A DNA stretch of 64,000 nucleotides from Candidatus Moraniibacteriota bacterium (GTDB lineage: Bacteria; Patescibacteriota; Minisyncoccia; Moranbacterales; UBA1568), in contig JAUSGT010000001.1 in the NCBI GenBank assembly GCA_030648835.1, positions 551 to 64,550 of the forward strand, given 5' to 3'. The position numbers and the translations under genes are program-made. Below the pieces are notes generated by a model. The model did no database searches and was not told the DNA's origin. It was given only the letters and a program-made list of their open reading frames with translations. Of the stretch, positions 38,896 to 48,306 are shown one piece after another; position 1 is the first letter of the stretch, and each line of letters starts with the position of its first letter.

Positions 38896-40986
38896 CGTGC
38901 CTTCCATCATGAGTGAACCACAGAGTTTACAGAGGGCGCCGGTCGGTTTGGCCTTGATGGCGTTTTTACAATCGGGATAGAGGGAACAGCTGTAAAAAAT
39001 TCCGAAACGACCGCGGCGTTCGGTCATCTTACCTTTGCCGCAGGTAGGACAGGTAATGTCAGTCGAGGGAGTGGCATTCTCGTCTTTCTTGATGAATTTA
39101 CATTTCGGGAAATTGGAACAAGCAATGAATTTTCCGAATTTGCCATCCCGTTCGATGAGCTTGCCGTCTTTGCATTGTGGACAGGCCTCGCCGGTTTCTC
39201 TGGGTGGGGCGACTACTTTTCCCTCATCGGTGAGCGCTCCGTCGCACTCCGGAAAGCGTGAACAGCTGAAGAATTTTCCGGCGCGGGAAAGTTTGATGAC
39301 CATCGTCGCCCCACACTTGGGACATTCGGTCCCTTCCGGGGCGTCACCGATGTTCGTCACTTTTTCCACTTTGTCCTTGCTTTTCACTTCTCTGGCAAAA
39401 GGCGTATAGAAGTCTCGCAATGTTTTTTCGTATTCACGCTCTCCATTGGCAATGTCATCGAGCTTATTTTCCATATCGGCCGTGAATGTTTCGGAGACGA
39501 TATCTTCGAAGTGTTTGAAGAGAAAGTCATCCACGACGATGCCGACATCGGTAGCTTGGAGAGCTCTGCCTTCTTTTGTGACATAGCCGCGGTCCTGAAT
39601 GGTTTTGACAATCGCTGCGTACGTTGATGGTCGCCCGATGCCGCGTTTTTCTAATTCTTTGACAAGACCGGCTTCGGTGTAGCGCTTGGGTGGCTCTGTC
39701 TGTTTTTCTTCGGCTTCTATTTTTTCCAAAGTGAGCGGGTCGTTTTTTACCACTTTCGGTACTTCGATATCATCGCCACGAGCGGCGGTATCGAGAGCCA
39801 GCCAACCGTCGAAGAGGAGATGGGAGCCGTTCGTCGAAAAATCCGGCAGTGTCTTGTCGGTTGTATTGGCGATGATCTTGGTGCGGAGAATCTTGGCTTC
39901 AGTCATCTGACTTGCCAGTGTGCGGATACGGATGAGCGTGTAGAGTTTCTTTTCATCATCAGTGAGGCCGGCAGATTTTTTGAACGGATCAGTCGGGCGG
40001 ATAGCTTCGTGAGCTTCTTGCGCGTTCTTGCTTTTGGTTTTGTAGCGACGGACAGTGAGATATTTTTCACCGAATTCTTTTTTTACTGCCGCGATGATTT
40101 CCGGGAGAACGGTTTCGGAGAGAGAGATACTGTCCGTGCGCATGTAGGTGATGTGGCCTTTCTCGTAGAGTTTCTGGGCGGCGCGCATCGTCCGAGAGGG
40201 AGACATTCCGAGACGCGAACTGCCGGCTTGCTGGAGGGTAGAAGTCGTGAAGGGTGCGTATGGACGGCGTGTCGCTTCGGTGGCGGTAACATCGACAATT
40301 TCCCAAGATTTTTTTCTCGCAATCATGAGAATTTCATCGACACGTTTTTTTTCGGCAGGTTGTTCGGAGCAGGTAAAAAGAATACGCTCCTGTTTCTTTG
40401 TGAAACACTCGGCCACAATGACATGATATGTTTCGGGAATGAAGGCGCGGATTTCTTTTTCCCGCTCCACGAGGATATGAAGGGCAGGAGATTGGACTCG
40501 GCCGGCCGAGAGACCGTAGCGGACTTTTTTCCAGATGAGACCGGAGAGATCATAGCCGACGAGACGATCGAGGACGCGCCGGGCTTCCTGGGCTTTACGC
40601 AGGTTTATATCGAGTTCGCGCGGATGCTCTACCGCCTCCCTCACAGCCTTCTCGGTAATTTCATAAAAGAGGACACGTTTGGGGTTTTTGATGCCGCAGG
40701 TTTCGGCCACATGCCAAGAAATCGCCTCACCTTCTCGGTCAGGGTCGGTAGCCAGGAGGACAACGCTGCTTTTTTTGGCGAGTGTTTTGATTTCGTTTAC
40801 GACAGATTCTTTGCCGGGAGAAATGACGTAGCGGGGGATGAAACCGCCCTCAATGTCGATAGCATCTTTGTTGGATTTTGGCAGGTCGCGGATGTGCCCG
40901 ATGGAGGCGACGACCCGGTATTCATTGTTGAGATACTTTTCTATGGTCTTGGCTTTGGATGGTGATTCGACAATGAGAAGCTTCAT
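38827..40986 (-). CDS. topA: DNA topoisomerase I with C-terminal zinc ribbons
   Basis: LLIVESPSKAKTI, ATDPDREGE, SAGRVQS, ITYMRTD and GIGRPSTY motifs. Confidence 0.96.
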   Translation of the reverse strand: MKLLIVESPSKAKTIEKYLNNEYRVVASIGHIRDLPKSNKDAIDIEGGFIPRYVISPGKESVVNEIKTLAKKSSVVLLATDPDREGEAISWHVAETCGIKNPKRVLFYEITEKAVREAVEHPRELDINLRKAQEARRVLDRLVGYDLSGLIWKKVRYGLSAGRVQSPALHILVEREKEIRAFIPETYHVIVAECFTKKQERILFTCSEQPAEKKRVDEILMIARKKSWEIVDVTATEATRRPYAPFTTSTLQQAGSSRLGMSPSRTMRAAQKLYEKGHITYMRTDSISLSETVLPEIIAAVKKEFGEKYLTVRRYKTKSKNAQEAHEAIRPTDPFKKSAGLTDDEKKLYTLIRIRTLASQMTEAKILRTKIIANTTDKTLPDFSTNGSHLLFDGWLALDTAARGDDIEVPKVVKNDPLTLEKIEAEEKQTEPPKRYTEAGLVKELEKRGIGRPSTYAAIVKTIQDRGYVTKEGRALQATDVGIVVDDFLFKHFEDIVSETFTADMENKLDDIANGEREYEKTLRDFYTPFAREVKSKDKVEKVTNIGDAPEGTECPKCGATMVIKLSRAGKFFSCSRFPECDGALTDEGKVVAPPRETGEACPQCKDGKLIERDGKFGKFIACSNFPKCKFIKKDENATPSTDITCPTCGKGKMTERRGRFGIFYSCSLYPDCKNAIKAKPTGALCKLCGSLMMEGTKTIPERCSNKTCTNHNPHKLKK

Positions 40987-41079
40987 AATTCAATCAACAG
41001 ATAACAATTAACAGTAAACGAAGAATGTTCAGAAGTAAGCAGACAACAAAATTATGTTTTTTGTTAACTGTTAACTGCC

Positions 41080-42180
41080 TTATGTTCGGATATAGTGCAT
41101 GTTGCCGACATTGTGTATCAATCCTTTTATTTCGAGGAGTGTGAGGATGGAATTTGCGGACGATGTTTCCAGTCTAGCTTCTTTAATAATCTTGTCAACG
41201 TGGAGGGGTTCGTGCGAGAGGAGTTTGAAAATTTTTTCCTCTTCAGGAGAGAGATTGGGGCGAACGGACAAATCTGTTTCCCCTAACTTATTTTTTAGTG
41301 GGTGAGTTTGAGGAAGCTCTTCGAGAATATCCTGTACCGATGTGATTATTTTGGCGCCGGCTTTGATGAGGCGATGGGTGCCAAGCGAAGCTTCCGAAAA
41401 AATGGATCCCGGTACTGCAAAGACTTCCCGATTGTAGTCAATGGCCAGCCGGGCAGTGATGAGCGCTCCGCTTTTTTCCGGAGCCTCGATGACGACTGTG
41501 CCGAGTGTCATACCGGCGATGATGCGGTCGCGAGCCGGGAAGGTTCCTTCGGTAGCTTTGACGCCGGGGGCATACTCGGAAATGAGCGCGCCGGCATTCA
41601 CCACGGCACGGGCTAAAGGAAGATGCGATTGGGGGGAGATAGACGCTTCGTCGACTCCGCTTCCCAGGATGGAAAGTGTTTCACAACCGGCCTCAAGGGC
41701 GGCCTTGTGAGCGATGGAATCGATGCCAAAGGCGAGGCCGGAGACTATCACATACCCGGCATGCGCGAGATCGGTCGCGAGACGTTTGGCTACTTGTTCA
41801 CCGTAACCGGTAAGTTTGCGCGTGCCGACTATGGCAATGAGCGGTTTTTCCTTCCAATCATAATTACCGCGCACGAAAAGAATCATCGGCGCGTCAGGGA
41901 TCTCTTTCAAGAGGCGCGGATACGCTTCATCGGTGAAAGCCAAAATATGTACTCCTTGGTCTTCGATATGTTGCCACTCCTTGTTAGGCTGGAGGGAATT
42001 TCTTCCGGCAGTAATAGCGGCGACGGTGATGGGGCCGAGACCGTTTACGGCGAGGAGGGATTTTTCATCCGCTTCCCAAATGGCCTCGGCCGAACCGAAA
42101 TGGACAATGAGATCGCGGAGCGTCTTGTTTCCGATTCCTGGGATGAGACTGAGAGCGTAGAGGATGGCAGTCGGGCGCAT
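41080..42180 (-). CDS. dprA: DNA processing protein DprA
   Basis: IAIVGTR, IVSGLAFGID, EAPEKSGALITA and REVFAVPG motifs. Confidence 0.95.
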   Translation of the reverse strand: MRPTAILYALSLIPGIGNKTLRDLIVHFGSAEAIWEADEKSLLAVNGLGPITVAAITAGRNSLQPNKEWQHIEDQGVHILAFTDEAYPRLLKEIPDAPMILFVRGNYDWKEKPLIAIVGTRKLTGYGEQVAKRLATDLAHAGYVIVSGLAFGIDSIAHKAALEAGCETLSILGSGVDEASISPQSHLPLARAVVNAGALISEYAPGVKATEGTFPARDRIIAGMTLGTVVIEAPEKSGALITARLAIDYNREVFAVPGSIFSEASLGTHRLIKAGAKIITSVQDILEELPQTHPLKNKLGETDLSVRPNLSPEEEKIFKLLSHEPLHVDKIIKEARLETSSANSILTLLEIKGLIHNVGNMHYIRT

Positions 42181-42303
42181 AAATTATGAGCAGAGAAAAT
42201 TGTTTTTTTGTTTGATGTCATTCATTGTAACGATGTTTCGTTTCATTCGCAACATATCCTCGACAAAAGAGTCCTTCTTCGTTACAATGGTCATATTTGT
42301 AAT

Positions 42304-42376
42304 GGGCCGTTAGCTCATCTGGTAGAGCACCGCATTTGCAATGCGGGGGTGGCAGGTTCGAGTCCTGTACGGTCCA
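42304..42376 (+). tRNA. tRNA-Ala(TGC)
   Basis: Cloverleaf with anticodon arm CCGCA-TTTGCAA-TGCGG. Confidence 0.95.
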
Positions 42377-42460
42377 CAAGATTCTTTCTCTTGAATCTTT
42401 TTCACATTTGTGTTAGCATTTGGATTGCTGTTTTAAATAAGGAGTGGTGGATATCCAAGG

Positions 42461-42534
42461 GGGTGATTAGCTCAGTTGGTTAGAGCGCTACACTGATAAT
42501 GTAGAGGTCCCAAGTTCGAATCTTGGATCACCCA
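42461..42534 (+). tRNA. tRNA-Ile(GAT)
   Basis: Anticodon arm CTACA-CTGATAA-TGTAG. Confidence 0.95.
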
Positions 42535-42562
42535 CATAAAAGGTATACAATAGAAAATACAC

Positions 42563-42628
42563 AGCGGGATAGCGCAGGTTTGGTAAGTCAGCTCGTCTGG
42601 GCTCATAACTCAGAGGAGGAGTGCAAGT
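42563..42628 (+). pseudogene. Degenerate partial copy of the adjacent initiator tRNA-Met
   Basis: AGCGGGATAGCGCAG...CAGCTCGTCTGGGCTCATAACTCAGA parallels 42647-42690, but has no T-arm or 3' acceptor strand. Confidence 0.55.
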
Positions 42629-42646
42629 AAAGCAAGAAGCCTATAC

Positions 42647-42720
42647 AGCGGGGTAGAGCAGTCTGGCAGCTCGTCTGGCTCATAACCAGAAGGTCGGTGG
42701 TTCGAATCCACCCCCCGCAA
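42647..42720 (+). tRNA. tRNA-Met(CAT), initiator-type
   Basis: Unpaired 1:72 position, AGCTCGTC-GGCTCATAACC fMet-like core and T-arm GGTGG-TTCGAAT-CCACC. Confidence 0.9.
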
Positions 42721-42808
42721 CACATGAAGCAAAATGAAAAGCTCATAATTGGCGGCAGAAAACGGTGACAGGGTTGGATGTTGTTGATTGTGAGTTCTTT
42801 GTTTTTTG

Positions 42809-42882
42809 GCCAGGGTAGCTCAGTTGGTTAGAGCATAGCCTTCATAAGGCTGGGGTCGCGAGTTCGAATCTCGCCCCTGGTA
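42809..42882 (+). tRNA. tRNA with CAT anticodon (elongator Met or Ile2)
   Basis: Anticodon arm TAGCC-TTCATAA-GGCTG. Confidence 0.9.
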
Positions 42883-42897
42883 CAAAAAAATAATATT

Positions 42898-42974
42898 GGA
42901 CCGGTAGCTCAGCTGGTTAGAGCGCTTCCCTGTCACGGAAGAGGTCGCGGGTTCGAATCCCGTCCGGTCCGCCA
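42898..42974 (+). tRNA. tRNA-Asp(GTC)
   Basis: Anticodon arm CTTCC-CTGTCAC-GGAAG and encoded CCA. Confidence 0.95.
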
Positions 42975-43125
42975 AGTCAAGATTTCAGTCCCAAGAGGGG
43001 CTGTTTTTTTCTTTAGGTAAACATTTGTCTTTTTGCCCGAGGGGTGTATGCTGAGGAAGTAAAGGGAGGGATTACATTTTATATGTGGTCCTTTTACAAT
43101 TTCCGAAACGAAAGAGAGGCAATCA

Positions 43126-44580
43126 ATGAAACACGGAGCGAAGTCAGGTAGGCCGACCCCCGAAAGGACCGAAATCAAGCTGTTTGTCGTGGATACGAAC
43201 GTGCTGATGCACGATCCTAACAGCTTGTTCCATTTTGAGGAACATGACATTTTCCTCCCGATGATGACACTTGAAGAGCTCGATCACCACAAGCAAGGTA
43301 TGACGGAAGTGGCGCGCAATGTCCGTCAGACGAGCCGTTATCTCGACGAAATCGTAAATGCGGCTACAGGCGATATCGATCAGGGCATCGAGCTTCGTCT
43401 GCACAATGGCGGCAATGCGACCGGGAGGTTGTTTCTTCAAACACAGGCGATTAACGCCGAATTGCCGGCGAATCTTGCGAATGGCAAAGCCGACAATCAA
43501 ATCATCGGTGTCGTCAAACATTTGCAGGCAACCTATTCCAAGCGCCAGGTGATTCTGGTCAGCAAAGATATCAATATGCGCATCAAGGCGCGCGCGTTGG
43601 GATTGGCTGCAGAGGATTACTTTAACGACAAGGTGCTCGAAGACACCGATCTGCTTTACACCGGTACGTATGAGCTACCTGCTGATTTTTGGGACAAGCA
43701 TGGCAAAGGGATGGAGTCATGGCAAGACAAGGATCGTTCATACTATCGCGTGCACGGCCCACTCTGTTCGAAGCTGCTTGTCGGCCAATTTGTGTATCAG
43801 GATGGCGATCGGCCGCTCTACGCTCAGGTTAAGGAGATCACTGGCAAGACCGCTGTTTTGCGGACGATCAAGGACTACGCGCACCAGCGCCATAACGTGT
43901 GGGGCATTATGGCGCGTAATCGCGAGCAGAATTTTGCTTTGAATGCGCTGATGAATCCCAATATCGATTTTGTCACGCTGCTTGGTCAGGCCGGTACCGG
44001 TAAGACCTTGCTGACGTTGGCGGCCGGTCTCATGCAGACTTTGGAACACAAGACTTACACGGAAATCATTATGACGCGGGTTACCGTGCCGGTCGGTGAG
44101 GACATCGGTTTTTTGCCCGGTACCGAGGAAGAGAAGATGAATCCGTGGATGGGCGCGCTCGAAGACAACCTTGATGTGCTCAATGGTGGAGGGGATCATG
44201 GTTCACACAAGGATGGAGAAGCCTCTCAGAGTTCTGAATGGGGACGGGCGGCGACACGCGATCTGATCCGCTCGCGTATCAAGGTTAAATCGCTCAACTT
44301 CATGCGTGGTCGCACGTTCATCAACAAGTACCTGATCATCGACGAGGGGCAGAATCTGACACCCAAACAAATGAAGACGCTCATTACACGCGCCGGCCCC
44401 GGTACCAAAGTGGTGGTGCTCGGCAATATCGCACAGATCGACACGCCGTACTTGACTGAAGGCAGTTCGGGGCTGACGTATGTCGTTGACCGTTTCAAGG
44501 GTTGGGAGCATGGTGGGCATGTGACGCTTTTGCGGGGGGAGCGTTCACGACTGGCTGATTATGCCGCCGAGGTGCTCTAA
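43126..44580 (+). CDS. PIN-PhoH family protein
   Basis: PIN motif FVVDTNVLMHD and PhoH motifs GQAGTGKT, IGFLPG, MRGRT, IIDEGQN. Confidence 0.92.
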   Translation: MKHGAKSGRPTPERTEIKLFVVDTNVLMHDPNSLFHFEEHDIFLPMMTLEELDHHKQGMTEVARNVRQTSRYLDEIVNAATGDIDQGIELRLHNGGNATGRLFLQTQAINAELPANLANGKADNQIIGVVKHLQATYSKRQVILVSKDINMRIKARALGLAAEDYFNDKVLEDTDLLYTGTYELPADFWDKHGKGMESWQDKDRSYYRVHGPLCSKLLVGQFVYQDGDRPLYAQVKEITGKTAVLRTIKDYAHQRHNVWGIMARNREQNFALNALMNPNIDFVTLLGQAGTGKTLLTLAAGLMQTLEHKTYTEIIMTRVTVPVGEDIGFLPGTEEEKMNPWMGALEDNLDVLNGGGDHGSHKDGEASQSSEWGRAATRDLIRSRIKVKSLNFMRGRTFINKYLIIDEGQNLTPKQMKTLITRAGPGTKVVVLGNIAQIDTPYLTEGSSGLTYVVDRFKGWEHGGHVTLLRGERSRLADYAAEVL

Positions 44581-44889
44581 AGTAAGGGCAAAAACGTGTG
44601 GGAGAGAAGCATTTCTCCCACACGGTTTTTTTATTCAGGAGAAATGCTGTAAGATGAAGACAAGAGTCTATCATTTTTTAATACACACGTATGAGGTTGG
44701 TAGGAAAAAAGGAGGGGAAAAACGATGCCAAGCGGGGCAAACAGGATATGAGTATGCTTTCGCATAAAAAGAATATCGGGTCTATGTACGAAGCCCACCG
44801 ACTCGAGGGGAAAGTGAAGAATGTGGGCATCAAGAATGTCGGTCATCAGAAAAAGAAATCTGTCGGAAATTGAACTTGCAATAGAAAAT

Positions 44890-45144
44890 ATGAGTTCGTT
44901 TACGGAAAAAGTTTTGGCCATTGTAAAGAAGATCCCGCGCGGGAAGATGATGACGTATGCGACTGTGGCCAAGCGCGCCGGAAGTCCGCAAGCGTTTCGC
45001 ACGGTGGGTTCGATTTTGAAGAAAAATTTTAACCCAGCGATTCCCTGCCATCGTGTGATCCGCAGTGATGGCTCTCTCGGAGAATACAATCGTGGAATAA
45101 GAGAGAAGATTCGAAAACTTCGTAGAGAAGGAGCAATTTTTTAA
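44890..45144 (+). CDS. Methylated-DNA--protein-cysteine methyltransferase (MGMT family, short form)
   Basis: IPRGKMMTY and PCHRVI motifs. Confidence 0.88.
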   Translation: MSSFTEKVLAIVKKIPRGKMMTYATVAKRAGSPQAFRTVGSILKKNFNPAIPCHRVIRSDGSLGEYNRGIREKIRKLRREGAIF

Positions 45145-45155
45145 CGTCTACTACT

Positions 45156-45617
45156 ATGCGTATCGAGAGTCCCGCCTTTGAAGAAAATGGTTTCCTCCCT
45201 GTTGCCTATACTTGTGATGGAGTAGGTGTCAATCCGCCACTTATATTTGCAGACGTGCCGACTGAAGCCCGGAGTTTGGCGCTCATTGTGGATGATCCTG
45301 ACGTGCCGAAGGATCGTCATCCGGATGGATTGTTTGTGCATTGGGTACTGTGGAATATTGATCCCGCGATTACAGGTATCGAAGAGAACAGCGTGCCACA
45401 AGGCGCGGTGGAAGGAGCTACGACCAGGGGAGTACCGGGGTTTGTCCGGGCTTGCCCGCCCGACCGTGAACATCGCTACTTTTTCAAGCTCTACGCGCTC
45501 GATACGCCTCTCAATCTTCCCGCGACGGCCGGAAAGGATGAATTGGAAAAGGCGCTGGAGGGTCATACTCTCGCTTCTGCTACTCTCATGGCGCGCTACG
45601 ATCGTCCTGTTAAATAG
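45156..45617 (+). CDS. YbhB/YbcL (PEBP) family protein
   Basis: DDPDVP, FVHWVLWNI and CPP..HRYFFKLYALD motifs. Confidence 0.9.
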   Translation: MRIESPAFEENGFLPVAYTCDGVGVNPPLIFADVPTEARSLALIVDDPDVPKDRHPDGLFVHWVLWNIDPAITGIEENSVPQGAVEGATTRGVPGFVRACPPDREHRYFFKLYALDTPLNLPATAGKDELEKALEGHTLASATLMARYDRPVK

Positions 45618-45650
45618 ATTTGTCAGAGAACAAATCCTGTTGATTTTTTT

Positions 45651-46892
45651 ATGGGCATTATCGAATGGTTCCAACATAATACGTTTTCCTCACTGGCGAT
45701 ACGAAATTATCGTTTGTTTTTCATCGGGCAAGTAGTTTCTCTTTCCGGGACGTGGATGCAGACGGTAGTGCTCGGATGGCTTGTCATAGAGTTGACTGGT
45801 TCCGGTACTCAGCTCGGTCTCGTCGTTGCGTTGCAATTTTTGCCGTTGCTTTTTTTGGGTCCGTGGGGCGGCGTTATCGTGGATCGTTTCAAAAAGCGCT
45901 CTATTCTTACCGCCACAAGTTCGCTATATGGACTACTCGTCTCAGGAATGGCTCTCCTGATTTTTATCGGCGCCATCAAGTTGTGGATGCTGTATGTTTT
46001 CGCATTTTTGCTCGGCATGCTCAGGATTTTTGAAAATACGGCGCAGCAGACATTCGTAGCGGAGATGGTCCCTGAGGATGAGTTGAAAAATGCGGTGAGT
46101 CTGAATTCTCTGGCAGTCAATCTGGCTCGCGTCGTAGGCCCGACACTCGGCGGCGCGCTGATTGCCGGTTTTGGTATAGCATTCTGTTTTCTTTTCAACG
46201 CGCTGACGTATGTGGTTGTTTTGATCATACTCTTTATGATGCGCGAAAATGAAATCAATATGGCCATACCGAATGGGAAGAAATCGGGGCAATTGAGAGA
46301 AGGCTTGCGTTATATGCTTGCGGACCCACTCATCAAACACATATTACTTATGATGGCGGTCATCGGAACATTTGCCTATGAATTTCAGGTGAGTCTGCCA
46401 CTTTTGGCCGATCAGACATTTCATGGAGGTGTGGCGAGCTACGCGATGCTTCTCTCCGCGATGGGGGTCGGTTCTGTTGCTGGTGGATTGTATGCCGCTG
46501 GCCAGAGAAAAGTCGCTCCGCAATTTCTCATTACCTTTGCTCTTTTGTTCGGTCTGAGTATTGTCGTGACGGCGCTTCTACCGACGCTCGATGCGGCCAT
46601 AGCAGGAATGTTGTTCGTGGGATTTTTTTCTATCAATGTACTCACGCTTGGCAATACGATGCTCCAGTTGGAATGCGTGCCGGAGATGCGGGGGCGCGTG
46701 ATGGCGCTGTGGGGGGTGGCGCTGGTCGGGTCGACGGCTATTGGTGGCCCGATTATCGGTTTTATCGGCGAGTATGCCGGGGCGCGCTGGGGGTTGGCGT
46801 TTGGAGGGCTGATAACGGTGCTGGCAGCGGTAGTTGCGGCAGGAAATCTTCTCAAGAAAGACAAATTGAAAACTACTCTATCTGTTACATAA
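45651..46892 (+). CDS. MFS transporter
   Basis: About 12 TM helices, RNYRLFFIGQVVSLSGTWMQ and EMRGRVMA. Confidence 0.9.
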   Translation: MGIIEWFQHNTFSSLAIRNYRLFFIGQVVSLSGTWMQTVVLGWLVIELTGSGTQLGLVVALQFLPLLFLGPWGGVIVDRFKKRSILTATSSLYGLLVSGMALLIFIGAIKLWMLYVFAFLLGMLRIFENTAQQTFVAEMVPEDELKNAVSLNSLAVNLARVVGPTLGGALIAGFGIAFCFLFNALTYVVVLIILFMMRENEINMAIPNGKKSGQLREGLRYMLADPLIKHILLMMAVIGTFAYEFQVSLPLLADQTFHGGVASYAMLLSAMGVGSVAGGLYAAGQRKVAPQFLITFALLFGLSIVVTALLPTLDAAIAGMLFVGFFSINVLTLGNTMLQLECVPEMRGRVMALWGVALVGSTAIGGPIIGFIGEYAGARWGLAFGGLITVLAAVVAAGNLLKKDKLKTTLSVT

Positions 46893-46896
46893 AAAT

Positions 46897-47148
46897 ATGT
46901 CCTTTCTCATCGATGTGCGAACCCAAGAGGAATTTAAAGAGCGTCACGCACCGGGTGCTTTGAATATTCCTGTGGATGAAATATGCGCCGGGAAACTCGG
47001 TATATTGGAAGGGATACAAAAAAGTACTCCTCTTAAACTCTATTGCCGTTCGGGTAAGCGTTCCGAAACGGCCAAGGAAGTACTCGGTCTTCTCGGTTTT
47101 ACCGATGTTACCAATCTTGGCGGGCTGGATGATATAAAGAATGCTTAA
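46897..47148 (+). CDS. Rhodanese-like protein
   Basis: IDVRT.EEF...H.PGA.NIP and YCRSGKRS motifs. Confidence 0.9.
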   Translation: MSFLIDVRTQEEFKERHAPGALNIPVDEICAGKLGILEGIQKSTPLKLYCRSGKRSETAKEVLGLLGFTDVTNLGGLDDIKNA

Positions 47149-47193
47149 ATAAGGCATTATTTGAGATTTTTTGCCAAGACAGATAGTCCAGGT

Positions 47194-47222
47194 TTGACAA
47201 ATGAGAATAGACAAGCTATAAT
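47194..47222 (+). promoter_or_regulatory. Consensus sigma70 promoter of the cold-shock gene
   Basis: TTGACA-N17-TATAAT. Confidence 0.8.
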
Positions 47223-47346
47223 AGGACGGTGTAAGAGCCTGTTCAGAATCTCTCTTTGGTGGCATATGGAGGTTTCGAACAGGCTCTAAGAGACACAGAA
47301 AACAGAGTCGAGTTTTCCCGGTATTAAGCAATCGTAAAAGTATCAT

Positions 47347-47544
47347 ATGAACGGAATTATCAAAACTCTTACGGATAGAGGATTCGGATTCATCTCTCGC
47401 GATGGCGAAGAGAAGGATTTGTTTTTTCACTCCAAAGAATTGGTAGGTGTTACCTATGACGAATTGAAGGTCGGCGATGCCGTTACCTTTGAAGTCGTGC
47501 AAGGTGAGAAGGGCCCGGCTGCCACAGGTGTGTCACGTGCCTAA
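47347..47544 (+). CDS. Cold-shock domain protein
   Basis: RGFGFI, DLFFH and KGPAA motifs. Confidence 0.92.
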   Translation: MNGIIKTLTDRGFGFISRDGEEKDLFFHSKELVGVTYDELKVGDAVTFEVVQGEKGPAATGVSRA

Positions 47545-47787
47545 AGACTACCGAGCTTTACAGAAAGCGCTCTCATTACGAGAGCGCTTTTTGATTTGTA
47601 GGTATTTTTATGGTTCGATGCTATACTGGAAGTGAAAAGCCTTCAGAAAGGACTGCGCTAAATTGAAACCCACCTGGATTTCAGGGAAAAATATATTTTT
47701 TCCGTTAATCTTTTTCAAGGGATTCAGTCGCTCTCCCGCATTGAGGGCTTTTTATATATATGATAAGATAGCTATAGGCTTGAAATT

Positions 47788-48192
47788 ATGAAATCACTGA
47801 AAAAATTCATTACTGGAGGCCTCATTGTGGCGCTCGCATCATTGGCGGGAAGTTTTTGTTTACATCCGATGTCAGTGCAAGCGGAGGGCGGAGACTCCAT
47901 AGATATGTCCGCTATGCACATGAATGAGCAGGGAGTGGTAGATAGCACGCATAGTATGCAGAGTAGTGATGCTTCAGCAGCTTCCATGAGCACATGCACT
48001 TTCGATTGTATCAGCACGATGCCGCAGGTTACAGTGACCAAAAAAACCAGTGCGAGCAGCATCCTTGCGCTTGCGGCTGTTTCTCCGGTAGAACAACCAC
48101 GACTGCTTGAGTTTTCTTCTGGTCCAACGGATCTCACGGGGACGCAGCCTCTGCCTCCGGACATCCTTTTTTCCGTAGTTAAAAGAGAATAG
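47788..48192 (+). CDS. Exported Met/His/Cys-containing hypothetical protein heading the copper cluster
   Basis: Hydrophobic N-terminus, MSAMHM and CTFDC. Confidence 0.6.
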   Translation: MKSLKKFITGGLIVALASLAGSFCLHPMSVQAEGGDSIDMSAMHMNEQGVVDSTHSMQSSDASAASMSTCTFDCISTMPQVTVTKKTSASSILALAAVSPVEQPRLLEFSSGPTDLTGTQPLPPDILFSVVKRE

Positions 48193-48306
48193 ATTTATTC
48201 TGGCGCTTTCGAGATGAAAGAGTGGGTCTTTTTCATCTCTGCGCCACTCTGCCATTTCTTCGTTTAAGGAGTGGTTTTTGTTTCTTTACTATGTAACAAT
48301 GAACAC

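Noticed and set aside
42208-42483. 91-aa ORF (also 42933-43250 and 621-869)
   Set aside because: These overlap tRNA or 5S rRNA genes and are spurious.
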